From Sedimentisphaerales bacterium (GTDB taxonomy: Bacteria; Planctomycetota; Phycisphaerae; Sedimentisphaerales; Anaerobacaceae), in the NCBI GenBank assembly GCA_040772485.1, contig JAXGYC010000007.1, forward strand, positions 704,001 to 768,000: DNA of 64,000 bases, given 5' to 3'. Below the pieces are notes generated by a model. It was not told where the DNA came from, did not search any database, and saw only the letters and a list, made by a program, of their open reading frames with translations. The first letter of the stretch is position 1; every line of letters begins with the position of its first letter. Made by a program: the position numbers and the translations under genes. Below, in pieces: positions 38,967 through 48,758 of this stretch.

Positions 38967-39881
38967 ATGCGACAGATCGGTCGGCTGGAAAGCGAGACGC
39001 AGGCAAGGCAGTTCGGGGACTTCCTCTACAGCCGACAGATCGAGAATCAGGCCGACCCGGCCTCGGACGGCGGCTGGGACATCTGGGTCCTCGATGAGTC
39101 CCGCATCGAAGAAGCGGCGGCGTTGTTCGAGCGGTTCGCCGAGCAGCCCGATGACTCGATGTTTGTCCTGGGCGCCGGACAAGGCGCCCGGCAGCGACAT
39201 CGCGACAAGCAGGAGGACGTTCCGAAGCGGGCGCGCATCCTGGACGGCCGGACCGCATTCTACAAACCTCCGATCGGCTATGGAATGCTCACCGTCACGC
39301 TGCTGGTTGCCAGCGTGGCCGTGACGTTGGCCACCAACCTCGGCCGCAACGACCGTATCGCTGCGTACCTTTCGATCACACACTACTCTGTTGACGGCGA
39401 CTACGCCAAATGGGATTCCGGCCTGCCCGAGGTTCGCCGCGGTCAGATCTGGCGGTTGTTCACCCCCATATTCGTCCACTTCGACCTGCTGCACATTTTC
39501 TTCAACATGCTCTGGCTCTGGGACCTCGGCAGCATGGTCGAGACCCGCAAGGGAACGTGGCGGCTGCTGGCGCTCGTGCTGGTCATTTCCGCGCTGTCCA
39601 ACGTCGGGCAGTACCTCTACAGCGGACCGACGTTCGGCGGCATGTCCGGCGTGGTCTACGGACTGCTCGGCTACATCTGGATGCAGGGCAAGTTCGATCC
39701 CGCCTCCAATCTTGAACTGCACCCCCAGACCGTCACGCTGATGATCGTCTGGTTCTTCCTGTGCCTGACGGGACTGCTCGGCAACATCGCCAACGTGGTC
39801 CACGCGGTCGGCGCGGTCGTGGGAATTGCCTGGGGCTTCCTGGAAGCCCGGTGGGCCGTTCGGCGGTGCCATCATCGATGA
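38967..39881 (+). CDS. Rhomboid intramembrane serine protease (GlpG-like)
   Basis: WRLFTP, HIFFN, GMSGVVYG, ANVVHAVG. Confidence 0.92.
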   Translation: MRQIGRLESETQARQFGDFLYSRQIENQADPASDGGWDIWVLDESRIEEAAALFERFAEQPDDSMFVLGAGQGARQRHRDKQEDVPKRARILDGRTAFYKPPIGYGMLTVTLLVASVAVTLATNLGRNDRIAAYLSITHYSVDGDYAKWDSGLPEVRRGQIWRLFTPIFVHFDLLHIFFNMLWLWDLGSMVETRKGTWRLLALVLVISALSNVGQYLYSGPTFGGMSGVVYGLLGYIWMQGKFDPASNLELHPQTVTLMIVWFFLCLTGLLGNIANVVHAVGAVVGIAWGFLEARWAVRRCHHR

Positions 39882-39893
39882 AAGGACTATCGC

Positions 39894-40892
39894 ATGAGGA
39901 ACAGAATTCTCGTCGGTTTGTATTTTGCGTTTCTGGTCTGCGGCCTGTGCCACGCCGACAGCGGGCAAACGTTCGACCTGGGCAACGCTCCCGCCCCGCT
40001 GTTCAGTGATCCGATCTGGGATGGGGCCGCCGATCCTGCCCCCGTCTGGAACCAGCAGGCGGGCGAATGGTGGGTCTACTACACCCAGCGACGCGCGACC
40101 CTCCAGCCGAACGAGGGCGTCGAGTTCTGCCACGGCTCGGCCATCGGCATCGCCGCGTCGAAGGATGGGCGGCAGTGGCGCTACCTGGGCACGTGCCAGG
40201 GCGACCAGGGCCTTGGCGATCCCATCGCCAACAACTGTAGCTGGTGGGCGCCGGGCATCCTCTTCCACGAGGGCCTGTACCACATGTACGTCTCCTGGGT
40301 GGACGGCGTTTACAAGGATTGGATCGGCAAGCGGTTCATCAAGCACTTCACCAGCGCCGACGGCAGGACCTGGACGTATCAGTCCACGCTCGACCTGTCG
40401 TCAGACCGGTGCATCGACGCCTGCGTCTATCGGGCAGGCGGCAAGTGGTGCATGCTCTACAAGGACGAGGTCCACGGGTCGCGCTCCTACCTCGCACAGA
40501 GCAACGACCTCTATCGCTGGGCGGTCGTGGGACCGACAGTCACCGACGTCAGCCACGAAGCGCCGTTCGTCTGGCAGTGGCAGAATGCCTACTGGCTGGT
40601 CGTGGACGCAGGGCAGCGCGGCATACGGGCCTATCGCTCGCAGGACGGCCTGGCCGACTGGCAGTTCAACAATGGGCTGCTCTTCGAGCCGGGCAAGCGC
40701 GTCAAGGACGATGCCAAGGGAGGCCATCCCGGCGTGATCCTGCTCGACGACCGGCCCATCATCCTCTACCACGTGCATTACCCGCCGGCCCATCCGCTCT
40801 ATCGCACCAACCGCACCGTCCTCCAGGCGGCCGAACTCGAATACCACGACGACAAGATCACCTGCAACCGCGACAAATACGCCAGGTTTTAA
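39894..40892 (+). CDS. Secreted five-bladed beta-propeller glycoside hydrolase (GH43-like)
   Basis: DGAADP, WAPG, IDAC, HEAPFV; signal peptide. Confidence 0.75.
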   Translation: MRNRILVGLYFAFLVCGLCHADSGQTFDLGNAPAPLFSDPIWDGAADPAPVWNQQAGEWWVYYTQRRATLQPNEGVEFCHGSAIGIAASKDGRQWRYLGTCQGDQGLGDPIANNCSWWAPGILFHEGLYHMYVSWVDGVYKDWIGKRFIKHFTSADGRTWTYQSTLDLSSDRCIDACVYRAGGKWCMLYKDEVHGSRSYLAQSNDLYRWAVVGPTVTDVSHEAPFVWQWQNAYWLVVDAGQRGIRAYRSQDGLADWQFNNGLLFEPGKRVKDDAKGGHPGVILLDDRPIILYHVHYPPAHPLYRTNRTVLQAAELEYHDDKITCNRDKYARF

Positions 40893-40912
40893 GCGCAGGG
40901 AATGCCAACCGA

Positions 40913-42244
40913 CTACGGTCGGACGGCGGTGCCATCGGGCCGGCGGACGGGCTCCCAGTAACCGGGATGCTCGGGCAAGGGAAACTTGGCGGCCAGGGTC
41001 TCATCGATGTCGACGCCCCATCCCGGCGCTTCGTTGATGTACATGTAGCCCTTCTCGATCGTGGGAGCACCCGGAAAGACCTCGCGCGTCTTCTCGTTGA
41101 AGCTGACCGCCTCCTGAATCCCGAAGTTCCAGATCGCCAGGTCCAGGTGCGCGTTGGCGGCGTGCCCGACCGGCGAGACGTCGCCCGGCCCGTGCCAGGC
41201 GCTGCGGACGTTGAACCACTCGCCCAGCGCCGCGATCTTGCGGGCCACGCTGAAACCACCGATCTGCGAGATGTGGACGCGGATGAAGTCGATCAGCCGC
41301 TCGCTCATCAGGCCGACCCATTCGTGCGGGTTGTTGTACAGCTCGCCCATCGCGATCGGGACGCAGGTCTGCTGGCGGAGCAGTTTGAAATAGCCGATGT
41401 CCTCCGGCGAGAACGGGTCCTCGATGAAGAACGGCCGATATTGTTCCAGCCGCTTGACCAGGTTGATCGCCTCGATCGGAGGAATGCGCTCGTGGATGTC
41501 GTGCAGCAACTCGACGTCGTCGCCGCACGTCTTGCGGATGTGCTCGAACATCTCGAGCGTGCCCTTGACGTAGGGCCGCACCTCCATATTGGAATCGACC
41601 GGCGCGCCGAAGCCGGCCTCCTTGAAATCGGCCTGCTTCGACAGGTGGGGCGAGCCGTAGCCGCCGCGCTGGATGCGGATGTGCCGGAATCCCCGCTCCA
41701 TAGCCCGGCGGACGCTCTCCTCGACCTGGGCGAGCGTGCCCCCGCCGCAGTGCGTGTAGCAATCGACCGCGAACCGGCACTTGCCGCCCAGCAACTGGTA
41801 CACGGGCATGTTCGCCCGCTTGCCCTTGATGTCCCACAGGGCCTGATCGAGCCCGCTCAGCGCGTTGTTGAGCACCGGGCCATTCCGCCAGTACGAGCTG
41901 GTGTAGGCGTTCTGCCACATATCCTCGATGTTCTCGGCGTCGCGCCCCTTCGCAAACGGCCGGAGGTACTCATTGACCGCCGTCACAACCGTCAGAGGTC
42001 GCTGGTTGAACGTCGCGCAGCCGAGTCCATACAGGCCCGGCTCGCTCGTCTCGACCTTCACCACGCACAGCCGGATTCCCTGCGGAGCGGTGAGGATCGC
42101 CCGGACGTCGGTGATTTTCAGCGGGGGCAATCCCTTTGTCGCCTTGGCGTACTCGGCCGCCGAGGCATCCTGCCGCCGGCCTGCCAGTCCGAGCAACCCG
42201 GCCGCGCCGAATCCAAGGGCCCCCAGCATCTCGCGTCGGTCCAT
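40913..42244 (-). CDS. Enolase-superfamily (ManD/RspA-like) acid-sugar dehydratase with Tat signal
   Basis: MDRREML; YWRNGP, DQALWDIKGK, LHDIHER, IEDP, GEL, AWHGP. Confidence 0.85.
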   Translation of the reverse strand: MDRREMLGALGFGAAGLLGLAGRRQDASAAEYAKATKGLPPLKITDVRAILTAPQGIRLCVVKVETSEPGLYGLGCATFNQRPLTVVTAVNEYLRPFAKGRDAENIEDMWQNAYTSSYWRNGPVLNNALSGLDQALWDIKGKRANMPVYQLLGGKCRFAVDCYTHCGGGTLAQVEESVRRAMERGFRHIRIQRGGYGSPHLSKQADFKEAGFGAPVDSNMEVRPYVKGTLEMFEHIRKTCGDDVELLHDIHERIPPIEAINLVKRLEQYRPFFIEDPFSPEDIGYFKLLRQQTCVPIAMGELYNNPHEWVGLMSERLIDFIRVHISQIGGFSVARKIAALGEWFNVRSAWHGPGDVSPVGHAANAHLDLAIWNFGIQEAVSFNEKTREVFPGAPTIEKGYMYINEAPGWGVDIDETLAAKFPLPEHPGYWEPVRRPDGTAVRP

Positions 42245-42287
42245 CCGTATCTCCTTGTCCTGATTCGCCTGCCCGCGGAGCGGCGTA

Positions 42288-42719
42288 CTACCAACGGATC
42301 GGGTGGCCGGTCTCCCCCTGCCCGCGATCGACCTCGTCGATCTTCTGCGGCCCGTATACCGTGACACGCATCCGCTCGCCCACCTTCTTGTAGTGCAATA
42401 GCGCGCTGTCCTTGTCCTTGAAATCCTTGTCGATGAACAGCAGCGTCGTCAAACCGACCAGGATGACATCCCCATCGGCCAGGGGCGTCTCGCCGGAGAT
42501 CCGCTGGTTGTTGATATAGACCCCGTTGCGGCTCTTCATGTCATAGGCGTAGTACCGGCCCGTCTTCTCGTCGAACCGGATTTGCAGGTGCTTGCGGGAC
42601 ACCATGTTGTCCAGGATCTGAATCAGCAGCGCCTCGTCCCGACCGATGACGCTGGTCCGATGCCCGAGTGGATAGTAGTCCCCTTCCCGCTTGCCCGATG
42701 TGACGATGAGTGATGCCAT
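42288..42719 (-). CDS. FHA domain protein
   Basis: IGR, VSRKH, DMKSRNGVYIN. Confidence 0.88.
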   Translation of the reverse strand: MASLIVTSGKREGDYYPLGHRTSVIGRDEALLIQILDNMVSRKHLQIRFDEKTGRYYAYDMKSRNGVYINNQRISGETPLADGDVILVGLTTLLFIDKDFKDKDSALLHYKKVGERMRVTVYGPQKIDEVDRGQGETGHPIRW

Positions 42720-42912
42720 AGCTGCGACCCCGACCTTCAGCCCGTAGAATCGACCTGTCCCAATACCAAAATCGTAGAGACCCGATCCGGCCCTGTCAAC
42801 CCTCGACCGGGCGCAACCGGCCGCAAGCCGGGATTGACGCCTCCAGACCGATCCGGTAGAGTTACGCACGCATTTGCCGGCTGGGGCATTCCTGGTGGTT
42901 TCTGGAGAATCG

Positions 42913-43686
42913 ATGGAAGAGTTGAGAAGTAAACGCGGGTTCGTCTGCGACATGGACGGGGTGATCTACCACGGTTCCCGTCTGCTGGAAGGCTCGAAGG
43001 CATTCGTGGACTGGCTCAAGGCCGAGGGCAAGCGATTCCTGTTCCTGACCAACAGCTCGGCCCGCTCGCCCCGAGAACTGCACCAGAAGCTGCTGCACAT
43101 GGGCATCGAGGTAGGTGAGGACCATTTCATCACCTCCGGGATGGCGACCGCGCATTTCATCGCCTCGCAATGCCCCGGCGGACGGGTCTTCGCCATCGGC
43201 GACTCCGGGCTCTACCAGGCGTTATACGAGGCCGGGCTCTCGGTCGATGAGAACAGCCCGGACTATGTCGTGGTAGGCGAAACACGAAGCTACAGCTACG
43301 AGAAGATCGAGACCGCCATCCAACTGGTCCTGGGCGGCGCCCGACTGGTGGGGACCAATCCCGACGTCACGGGGCCGACAGAAAAAGGGATCGCGCCGGC
43401 GTGCCGGGCCCTCATCGCGCCGATCGAGATGGCCACCGGACGGCAGGCGTATTTCATCGGCAAACCCAACCCGCTCATCATGCGCCACGCCCAGACTCTG
43501 CTCCAGTGCCACCGCGACGAAACCGTCATCATCGGCGACCGGATGGACACGGATATCGTCGCCGGTATCGAGTCGGGCATCGACACCGTCCTGGTCCTCA
43601 GCGGGATCACCAGGGAGTCCGACCTCGACCGCTACGCCTATCGGCCGCACCACATCCTCCAGGACGTCAGCGAATTGACAACGTAG
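42913..43686 (+). CDS. HAD-IIA hydrolase (NagD-like)
   Basis: CDMDGV, LTNSS, TNPD, GKP, IGDRMDTD. Confidence 0.9.
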   Translation: MEELRSKRGFVCDMDGVIYHGSRLLEGSKAFVDWLKAEGKRFLFLTNSSARSPRELHQKLLHMGIEVGEDHFITSGMATAHFIASQCPGGRVFAIGDSGLYQALYEAGLSVDENSPDYVVVGETRSYSYEKIETAIQLVLGGARLVGTNPDVTGPTEKGIAPACRALIAPIEMATGRQAYFIGKPNPLIMRHAQTLLQCHRDETVIIGDRMDTDIVAGIESGIDTVLVLSGITRESDLDRYAYRPHHILQDVSELTT

Positions 43687-43795
43687 GCTGGGCATCGCCC
43701 ACCACTGCCCCGGCCATACCTGACGTCTGCCCATCATTCCACCGGTGCACTTCGCCTTTGCAGGTAGATCTGTACGGGGATGCTGCAATCGACTT

Positions 43796-43957
43796 TGTCA
43801 TTCCGACCGGAGCGCAGCGGAGTGGAGGAATCTGGCTGCGAAGGGGACACGGCCTTATCCTCGGCCTGATTTCTCTGTGCGGGCTCCGCCCCATTCGACT
43901 TCGCTCCGAGCCTGCCCTGAACGCAGTTGAAGGGGCAAGCTCTTAGTCGAAATGACA
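43796..43957. repeat. REP-like palindromic element, copy 2
   Basis: TGTCATTCCGAC...GTCGAAATGACA ends; contains the GAGCCTGCCCTGA...GAAGGG subunit shared with copy 1. Confidence 0.7.
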
Positions 43958-44098
43958 TCCGGCACGCTCTGCGAGATGACAAAACCCCCTGCATGGCCTC
44001 GGCAGGAACCTGCCTGCAAACACGCAGTGCACCCTCATTCCACCATTCCATGATTCCATCATTCCAACGTCGGCGGGTTCCCTGTACAATTCGTCGTC

Positions 44099-45412
44099 AT
44101 GGACATCTACAATCTCGTCAGCTTCTCGGGGGTCTTCGTCCTGATGGCCGTCGCCTGGGTCCTCTCGGCCGAGCGGCGAAAGATGAACTGGCGGCTGATC
44201 GCCTGGGGTGTAGTGCTGCAATTGGCCGTCGCGGCCTTCATCTTCATGGTGCCGGCCGGAGCGAAGGTCTTCCTGGTCGCCAACGACGTGGTCGTCCGCG
44301 TGATCGATTCGGCCGGCGCCGGCGCACGCTTCGTCTTCGGCCGCCTCGCCCTCGGGCCCGGCCAGACCGGAGACGATGGCGAAACATCACTCGGTTTCAT
44401 CCTGGCCTTCCAGGGCTTCCCGACGATCATCTTCTTCTCGGCCCTGATCGCGATCCTGTACCATCTGCGGGTCATGCCCCTGCTGATCAAGGCCTTCGCC
44501 TGGGTCTTCACGCAACTGATGCGCATCTCCGGGGCCGAATCGCTGGTGGCCGCCAGCAACATCTTCGTGGGCGTCGAGTCCATGCTGACCGTCAAGCCCC
44601 ATCTGGCCCAGATGACGCGGTCCGAGACCTGCACAATCCTGACCGCGGGAATGGCCACCGTATCATCCAACGTACTGGCGTTGTACGTCTTCAGCCTGCG
44701 GGAGCAGTTCCCGATGATCGCCGGACACCTGGTCTCGGCGTCCCTGCTCTCGGCACCGGCGGCCCTGGTCATGTCGAAGATCCTCCTGCCGGAAAGCGAG
44801 CAGCCCCAGACGCTCGGCGTTCATGTCGAACCGTACTACGAAAAGGACAGCGGGCTCTTCGAGGCGATCATCAACGGCGCCAACGCCGGAGTGCGTATGA
44901 TCGTCGGCATCACCGCCCTGCTGATCGCCGTCCTCGGTTTGGTGGCGCTGGTGGACCTGCTCCTTGGCGGGCTTGGAGCATGGATCAATCCCGTATTCGG
45001 CTGGCAGGGACAGTGGTCGCTCAAAGCCCTGTTCGGATACCTGTTCCATCCCGTGACGCTGATCCTGGGCGTGCCTGCGGCAGATGTTCATGAGATCTCG
45101 CGGATCGTTGGAGAACGCCTGATCGTCACCGAAGTAGCCGCCTACAACGATCTGGCGGCCGCGATGAAGAACGGCCTCGTGCAGCATCCTCGCTCGGCGG
45201 TCATCGCCACGTACGCCTTGTGCGGATTCGCCCACATCGCGTCGATGGCGATCTTCGTCGGCAGCCTCTGCGCCCTGGCGCCGCAGCGGACGCGGAACAT
45301 CGGACCGATCGCGGTCCGAGCCTTGATCGCCGCGACGCTGGCGTGCCTGATGACCGCCTGTGTCGCCGGCACGTTCTTCACGGAAGGGTCGATTCTGTTG
45401 GGAGGATCGTAA
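44099..45412 (+). CDS. Concentrative nucleoside transporter (NupC/CNT family)
   Basis: IIFFSAL, SGAES, NIFVG, GMATV, YALCGFA. Confidence 0.9.
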   Translation: MDIYNLVSFSGVFVLMAVAWVLSAERRKMNWRLIAWGVVLQLAVAAFIFMVPAGAKVFLVANDVVVRVIDSAGAGARFVFGRLALGPGQTGDDGETSLGFILAFQGFPTIIFFSALIAILYHLRVMPLLIKAFAWVFTQLMRISGAESLVAASNIFVGVESMLTVKPHLAQMTRSETCTILTAGMATVSSNVLALYVFSLREQFPMIAGHLVSASLLSAPAALVMSKILLPESEQPQTLGVHVEPYYEKDSGLFEAIINGANAGVRMIVGITALLIAVLGLVALVDLLLGGLGAWINPVFGWQGQWSLKALFGYLFHPVTLILGVPAADVHEISRIVGERLIVTEVAAYNDLAAAMKNGLVQHPRSAVIATYALCGFAHIASMAIFVGSLCALAPQRTRNIGPIAVRALIAATLACLMTACVAGTFFTEGSILLGGS

Positions 45413-45777
45413 TGCTCGTACGGTCGCTGAGCGAGTGCGCCGAGTTCGTCGCCGGAGACGGTTCGCTCCTGCGCGAGATGCTGCATCCGGACAAGATGGA
45501 CGCGGAGATTCGATACAGCCTGGCACATGCGACAGTGGCGCCCGGAGAGGCGACGAGGCCGCACCGCCTCGCCGGCTCGGAGGTCTATTACGTCATCGCC
45601 GGTTGCGGCCGGATGTTCATCGACGATGAATCGCAGGTCGTCGGCGCCGGCTGCGCCGTCTACATCCCGCCGGGTGCCACCCAGTACATCGAAAACGCCG
45701 GCACCGAAGACCTCGTCTTCCTCTGCATCGTCGACCCCGCCTGGCAGGAGCAGGACGAAGAAATCGTCGCTGACTGA
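45412..45777 (+). CDS. Cupin domain protein
   Basis: PHRL..SEVYYVIAG, YIPPG; TAATG coupling to the CNT gene. Confidence 0.85.
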   Translation: MLVRSLSECAEFVAGDGSLLREMLHPDKMDAEIRYSLAHATVAPGEATRPHRLAGSEVYYVIAGCGRMFIDDESQVVGAGCAVYIPPGATQYIENAGTEDLVFLCIVDPAWQEQDEEIVAD

Positions 45778-45974
45778 GAAATGTGGCCCGAATTCCGGTT
45801 TTTTCTTGACGCCGAACCCGACGGCGCGTAAGATACGCAAATAACTCAATAGTCCATCAGTTACCATCAACGCCAGGGACGCACTCATGGCCATCGAAAC
45901 ACCAGTTCCGAGCAATCGAGACCACCGTCCCGGGTGGCTCCGGGCCCGGGATCGCCGCTCCACTGGCCCCCAAC

Positions 45975-46209
45975 CGTGCAAAACAAACCCAATTATCGGC
46001 CTATTCTGGCCAAAAGCAGCGATTCGACCGGGGAAACAAACCCAATCGAACCCAATCCGCGAGGGCGCCGGCTGGCCACCGTGCCAGCCCGAGTGTCGAG
46101 GCACGAGTCGCAGGTCACGGCCCCAGCGCAACGAATCGTGCAAAACAAAGCCAATTTCCCGCGTCCTTGGCCCAAGAACGCGGTTTGCGGCCCGAAAACA
46201 AAGCCGATC
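45975..46209 (+). repeat. Duplicated module built from AAACAAASCCRAT motifs
   Basis: Motifs at about 45979, 46033, 46141 and 46194; two ~73-bp modules 162 bp apart. Confidence 0.75.
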
Positions 46210-46249
46210 TCAGCCGAGGCCAGACCGACTATGGACCCCGCCAGTCCCG

Positions 46250-46443
46250 ACAGCACGTGTGGGCAGGCGCTTCTGATGTTGCAGGCGATTCTCGGCTATC
46301 TGCTGCTGGGGGCGCTGGTGACGCGGTTCCCGGTGTTGTTCGCGGCCGGCGGTCCGGCGGGGAAGCTCACCGACGAGAACGGGCTCATGGAGCGCATGTG
46401 CGGATGGGTGAAGAAGTTGCTCAGGCGAAAGGAAGTGGAATGA
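46250..46443 (+). pseudogene. Probable 3' remnant of a membrane (ion-channel-like) gene
   Basis: GQALLMLQAILGYLLLGALVTRF...GGPAG has coding-like codon usage but no credible 5' part. Confidence 0.4.
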
Positions 46444-46464
46444 AGCACCTGGCAACGATCAGTG

Positions 46465-46563
46465 TGTCACCCCGAGCCTGCCGAGGGGTCTACCCGAGGA
46501 CAAGAGGCGCGCATGGCCTCTGGCCAGATGCTTCGACTTCGCTGCGCTCCGCTCAGCATGACA
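46465..46563. repeat. REP-like palindromic element, copy 3 (degenerate)
   Basis: TGTCACCCCGAGC...GCTCAGCATGACA; shares TTCGACTTCGCT with copy 2. Confidence 0.6.
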
Positions 46564-46659
46564 AGAGGAGCGAGGCGGCTCTCGGACGGATGAAGAGGAA
46601 GTTCCTCGTGCCGCGATGCTTGCTGCGTTGCGGGCGCGGTCACGCGGTATGAGCGGCCG

Positions 46660-48150
46660 ATGGTGGACCATATGATGACGACCGAGACGATGGTCACGTT
46701 TGTTGTGTACTTTGCCGTACTGCTGGCGATTGGCTTCTACTTCTACCGGCGCAACGAGAGCATCGAGGAGTACCTGCTGGGCGGGCGCGGGATGGGCGCG
46801 TGGGTCACGGCGTTGTCGGCCCAGGCCAGCGACATGAGCGGCTGGCTGCTGATGGGCCTGCCGGGAGCGATCTACATCGGCGGTCTGACAAACGCCTGGA
46901 TCGCGGTCGGCCTGTTTGTCGGCACGGCCCTCAACTGGCTGCTGGTCTCCCGGCGGCTGCGGCTCTACACCCAGAAGACCAACTCCATCACGCTGCCCTG
47001 CTTCTTCGAGGCGCGGTTCGGCGACCCCACGGGCCTGTTGCGCGTCGTCTCGGCGATCGTCATCCTGATCTTCTTCACGATCTATGCCTCCAGCGGGCTG
47101 GTCGCGGCGGGCAAGCTCTTCGAGTCCACCTTCGGGGTCTCCTACCCGGTCGCCGTCATCATCGGCGGCGCTATCATCATCGCGTACACGTTCATGGGAG
47201 GATTCCTTGCCGTTTGCTGGACGGACCTGTTCCAGGGCTCGCTGATGATTGTCGCGCTGGTGGTCGTCCCGACGCTGGCTTACGCGCGGGCCGGAGGCGC
47301 CGCCGGCATCCAGGACGGCATGGCGATCCGGGACATCGCACGGAGCCTCCGCCCGCCCGGCGGACCGGCGGCCTTTCTCGCTGTCGTCTCGGCTATGGCC
47401 TGGGGACTCGGCTATTTCGGCCAGCCGCACATCCTCGTGCGGTTCATGAGCGCCAAGTCCCTCGCCGGGCTTTCTCGGTCGATGGCGATCGCGATCGTGT
47501 GGGTGTTCCTCTCGCTGGCCGGGGCAGTCGCGATCGGCCTGATCGGCATCGGGTTGTTCCGGACGGTGCCGGGCGGCGACCCCGAGAAGGTGTTCATCTA
47601 CATGATCGCCGAGGTCACCCGTCCGTGGCTGGGCGGCATCATGCTGGCCGCCATCCTCTCGGCGATCATGTCCACGATCGATTCGCAACTGCTCGTCTCG
47701 TCGTCGGCATTGACCGAGGACTTCTACCGCCGGGCGATCCGCCGCGACGCTACCCCTCGCGAGGTCGTGCTCGTAGGACGCATGTGCGTTCTGGCTATTT
47801 CGCTCATCGCTCTGATCCTGGCCCTGGGCGTGAGAACGGAGACCATCCTGGAGATCGTCGCTTACGCCTGGGGCGGGTTCGGCGCCGCCTTCGGGCCGTT
47901 GGTGCTGTTCGCGTTGTTCTCGAAACAGACAAGTTGGCCGGCGGCGCTGGCGGGCATGATCAGCGGCACCGTCACACTGGTCCTCTGGAAGCAGGTGGGC
48001 CTGAGCGAACGGATGTATGAAATCGTTCCGGGGTTTGTCGCCAATTGCGCGGCCATCGCCCTGGTGAACCGGCTCATCCGACAGAGCGACAAAGTCGTAC
48101 TGCAGCAATTCGATGAGGTCGTTGCGCGGGTGCGAGAAAGAACACTATGA
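46660..48150 (+). CDS. putP: Sodium/proline symporter
   Basis: ALSAQASDMSGWLLMGLPG, WGLGYFGQPHILVRFM, AIMSTIDSQL, YEIVPGF. Confidence 0.93.
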   Translation: MVDHMMTTETMVTFVVYFAVLLAIGFYFYRRNESIEEYLLGGRGMGAWVTALSAQASDMSGWLLMGLPGAIYIGGLTNAWIAVGLFVGTALNWLLVSRRLRLYTQKTNSITLPCFFEARFGDPTGLLRVVSAIVILIFFTIYASSGLVAAGKLFESTFGVSYPVAVIIGGAIIIAYTFMGGFLAVCWTDLFQGSLMIVALVVVPTLAYARAGGAAGIQDGMAIRDIARSLRPPGGPAAFLAVVSAMAWGLGYFGQPHILVRFMSAKSLAGLSRSMAIAIVWVFLSLAGAVAIGLIGIGLFRTVPGGDPEKVFIYMIAEVTRPWLGGIMLAAILSAIMSTIDSQLLVSSSALTEDFYRRAIRRDATPREVVLVGRMCVLAISLIALILALGVRTETILEIVAYAWGGFGAAFGPLVLFALFSKQTSWPAALAGMISGTVTLVLWKQVGLSERMYEIVPGFVANCAAIALVNRLIRQSDKVVLQQFDEVVARVRERTL

Positions 48151-48758
48151 GTCAAATCGCAGTCGACATCGTGCTCCTGCCCGAAGCGAGGATCGCCAGA
48201 CTGGCGGTCGAGACCAACCGCAAACTGACCGGCAGCAGTTGTCGCGAGATCGTTCTGGACGAGACCACGTGCCTGCCGCACATCTCGCTGGCGATGGGCT
48301 GCATCGAATCCGAGCAGGTCGATGCGATCGGGAGGATGCTGGGTACGATCGTGAAGGACTGCCCCGTCGGCCAACTCACGATCACAGGGGTCGTGACCGT
48401 GCTGAATGCACGGAATGAGCCGAACTCGCTCTTTGCCGTGGCCAAGACCGAGGCCCTTCAGACGCTGCACGAGCGGATGATGGAAACGACAGAGCCCCAT
48501 GTGAGCCACGACGTGACGGCCGAGATGATCTGCGGCGATGAAGAAGTGGCGCCGAGCACACTGGCGTGGATTCGGGACTATCGCCGCAAGGCCGCCTTCG
48601 CCGCGTTCTTCCCGCACATCACGATCGGGTATGGCGTGGTGACCGAGCCGATGACGTTCCCCATGGATTTCGTCGCGCCCCGGTTGGCCGTCTGCCACCT
48701 CGGCAATCACTGCACGTGCCGCAAGGTGCTCGCTTCGGCGTCAACGCTCGATCAGTGA
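48147..48758 (+). CDS. 2H phosphoesterase (2'-5' RNA ligase family)
   Basis: Two HxS/T motifs: PHISL and PHITI. Confidence 0.75.
   Translation: MSQIAVDIVLLPEARIARLAVETNRKLTGSSCREIVLDETTCLPHISLAMGCIESEQVDAIGRMLGTIVKDCPVGQLTITGVVTVLNARNEPNSLFAVAKTEALQTLHERMMETTEPHVSHDVTAEMICGDEEVAPSTLAWIRDYRRKAAFAAFFPHITIGYGVVTEPMTFPMDFVAPRLAVCHLGNHCTCRKVLASASTLDQ

Noticed and set aside
40244..42364. Long alternative-frame or antisense ORFs (e.g. 706 aa here; also 359-1576, 13996-15621, 32839-34179, 55724-57589)
   Set aside because: Shadow ORFs typical of high-GC DNA; they overlap well-supported genes and have no motifs
44036..44066. CATTCCA(T/C) 8-nt microsatellite
   Set aside because: Short and degenerate; no function can be supported from the sequence
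45975..46209. Spaced AAACAAA motifs as a degenerate CRISPR
   Set aside because: Repeats are short, non-identical and irregularly spaced, and the intervening sequences resemble each other
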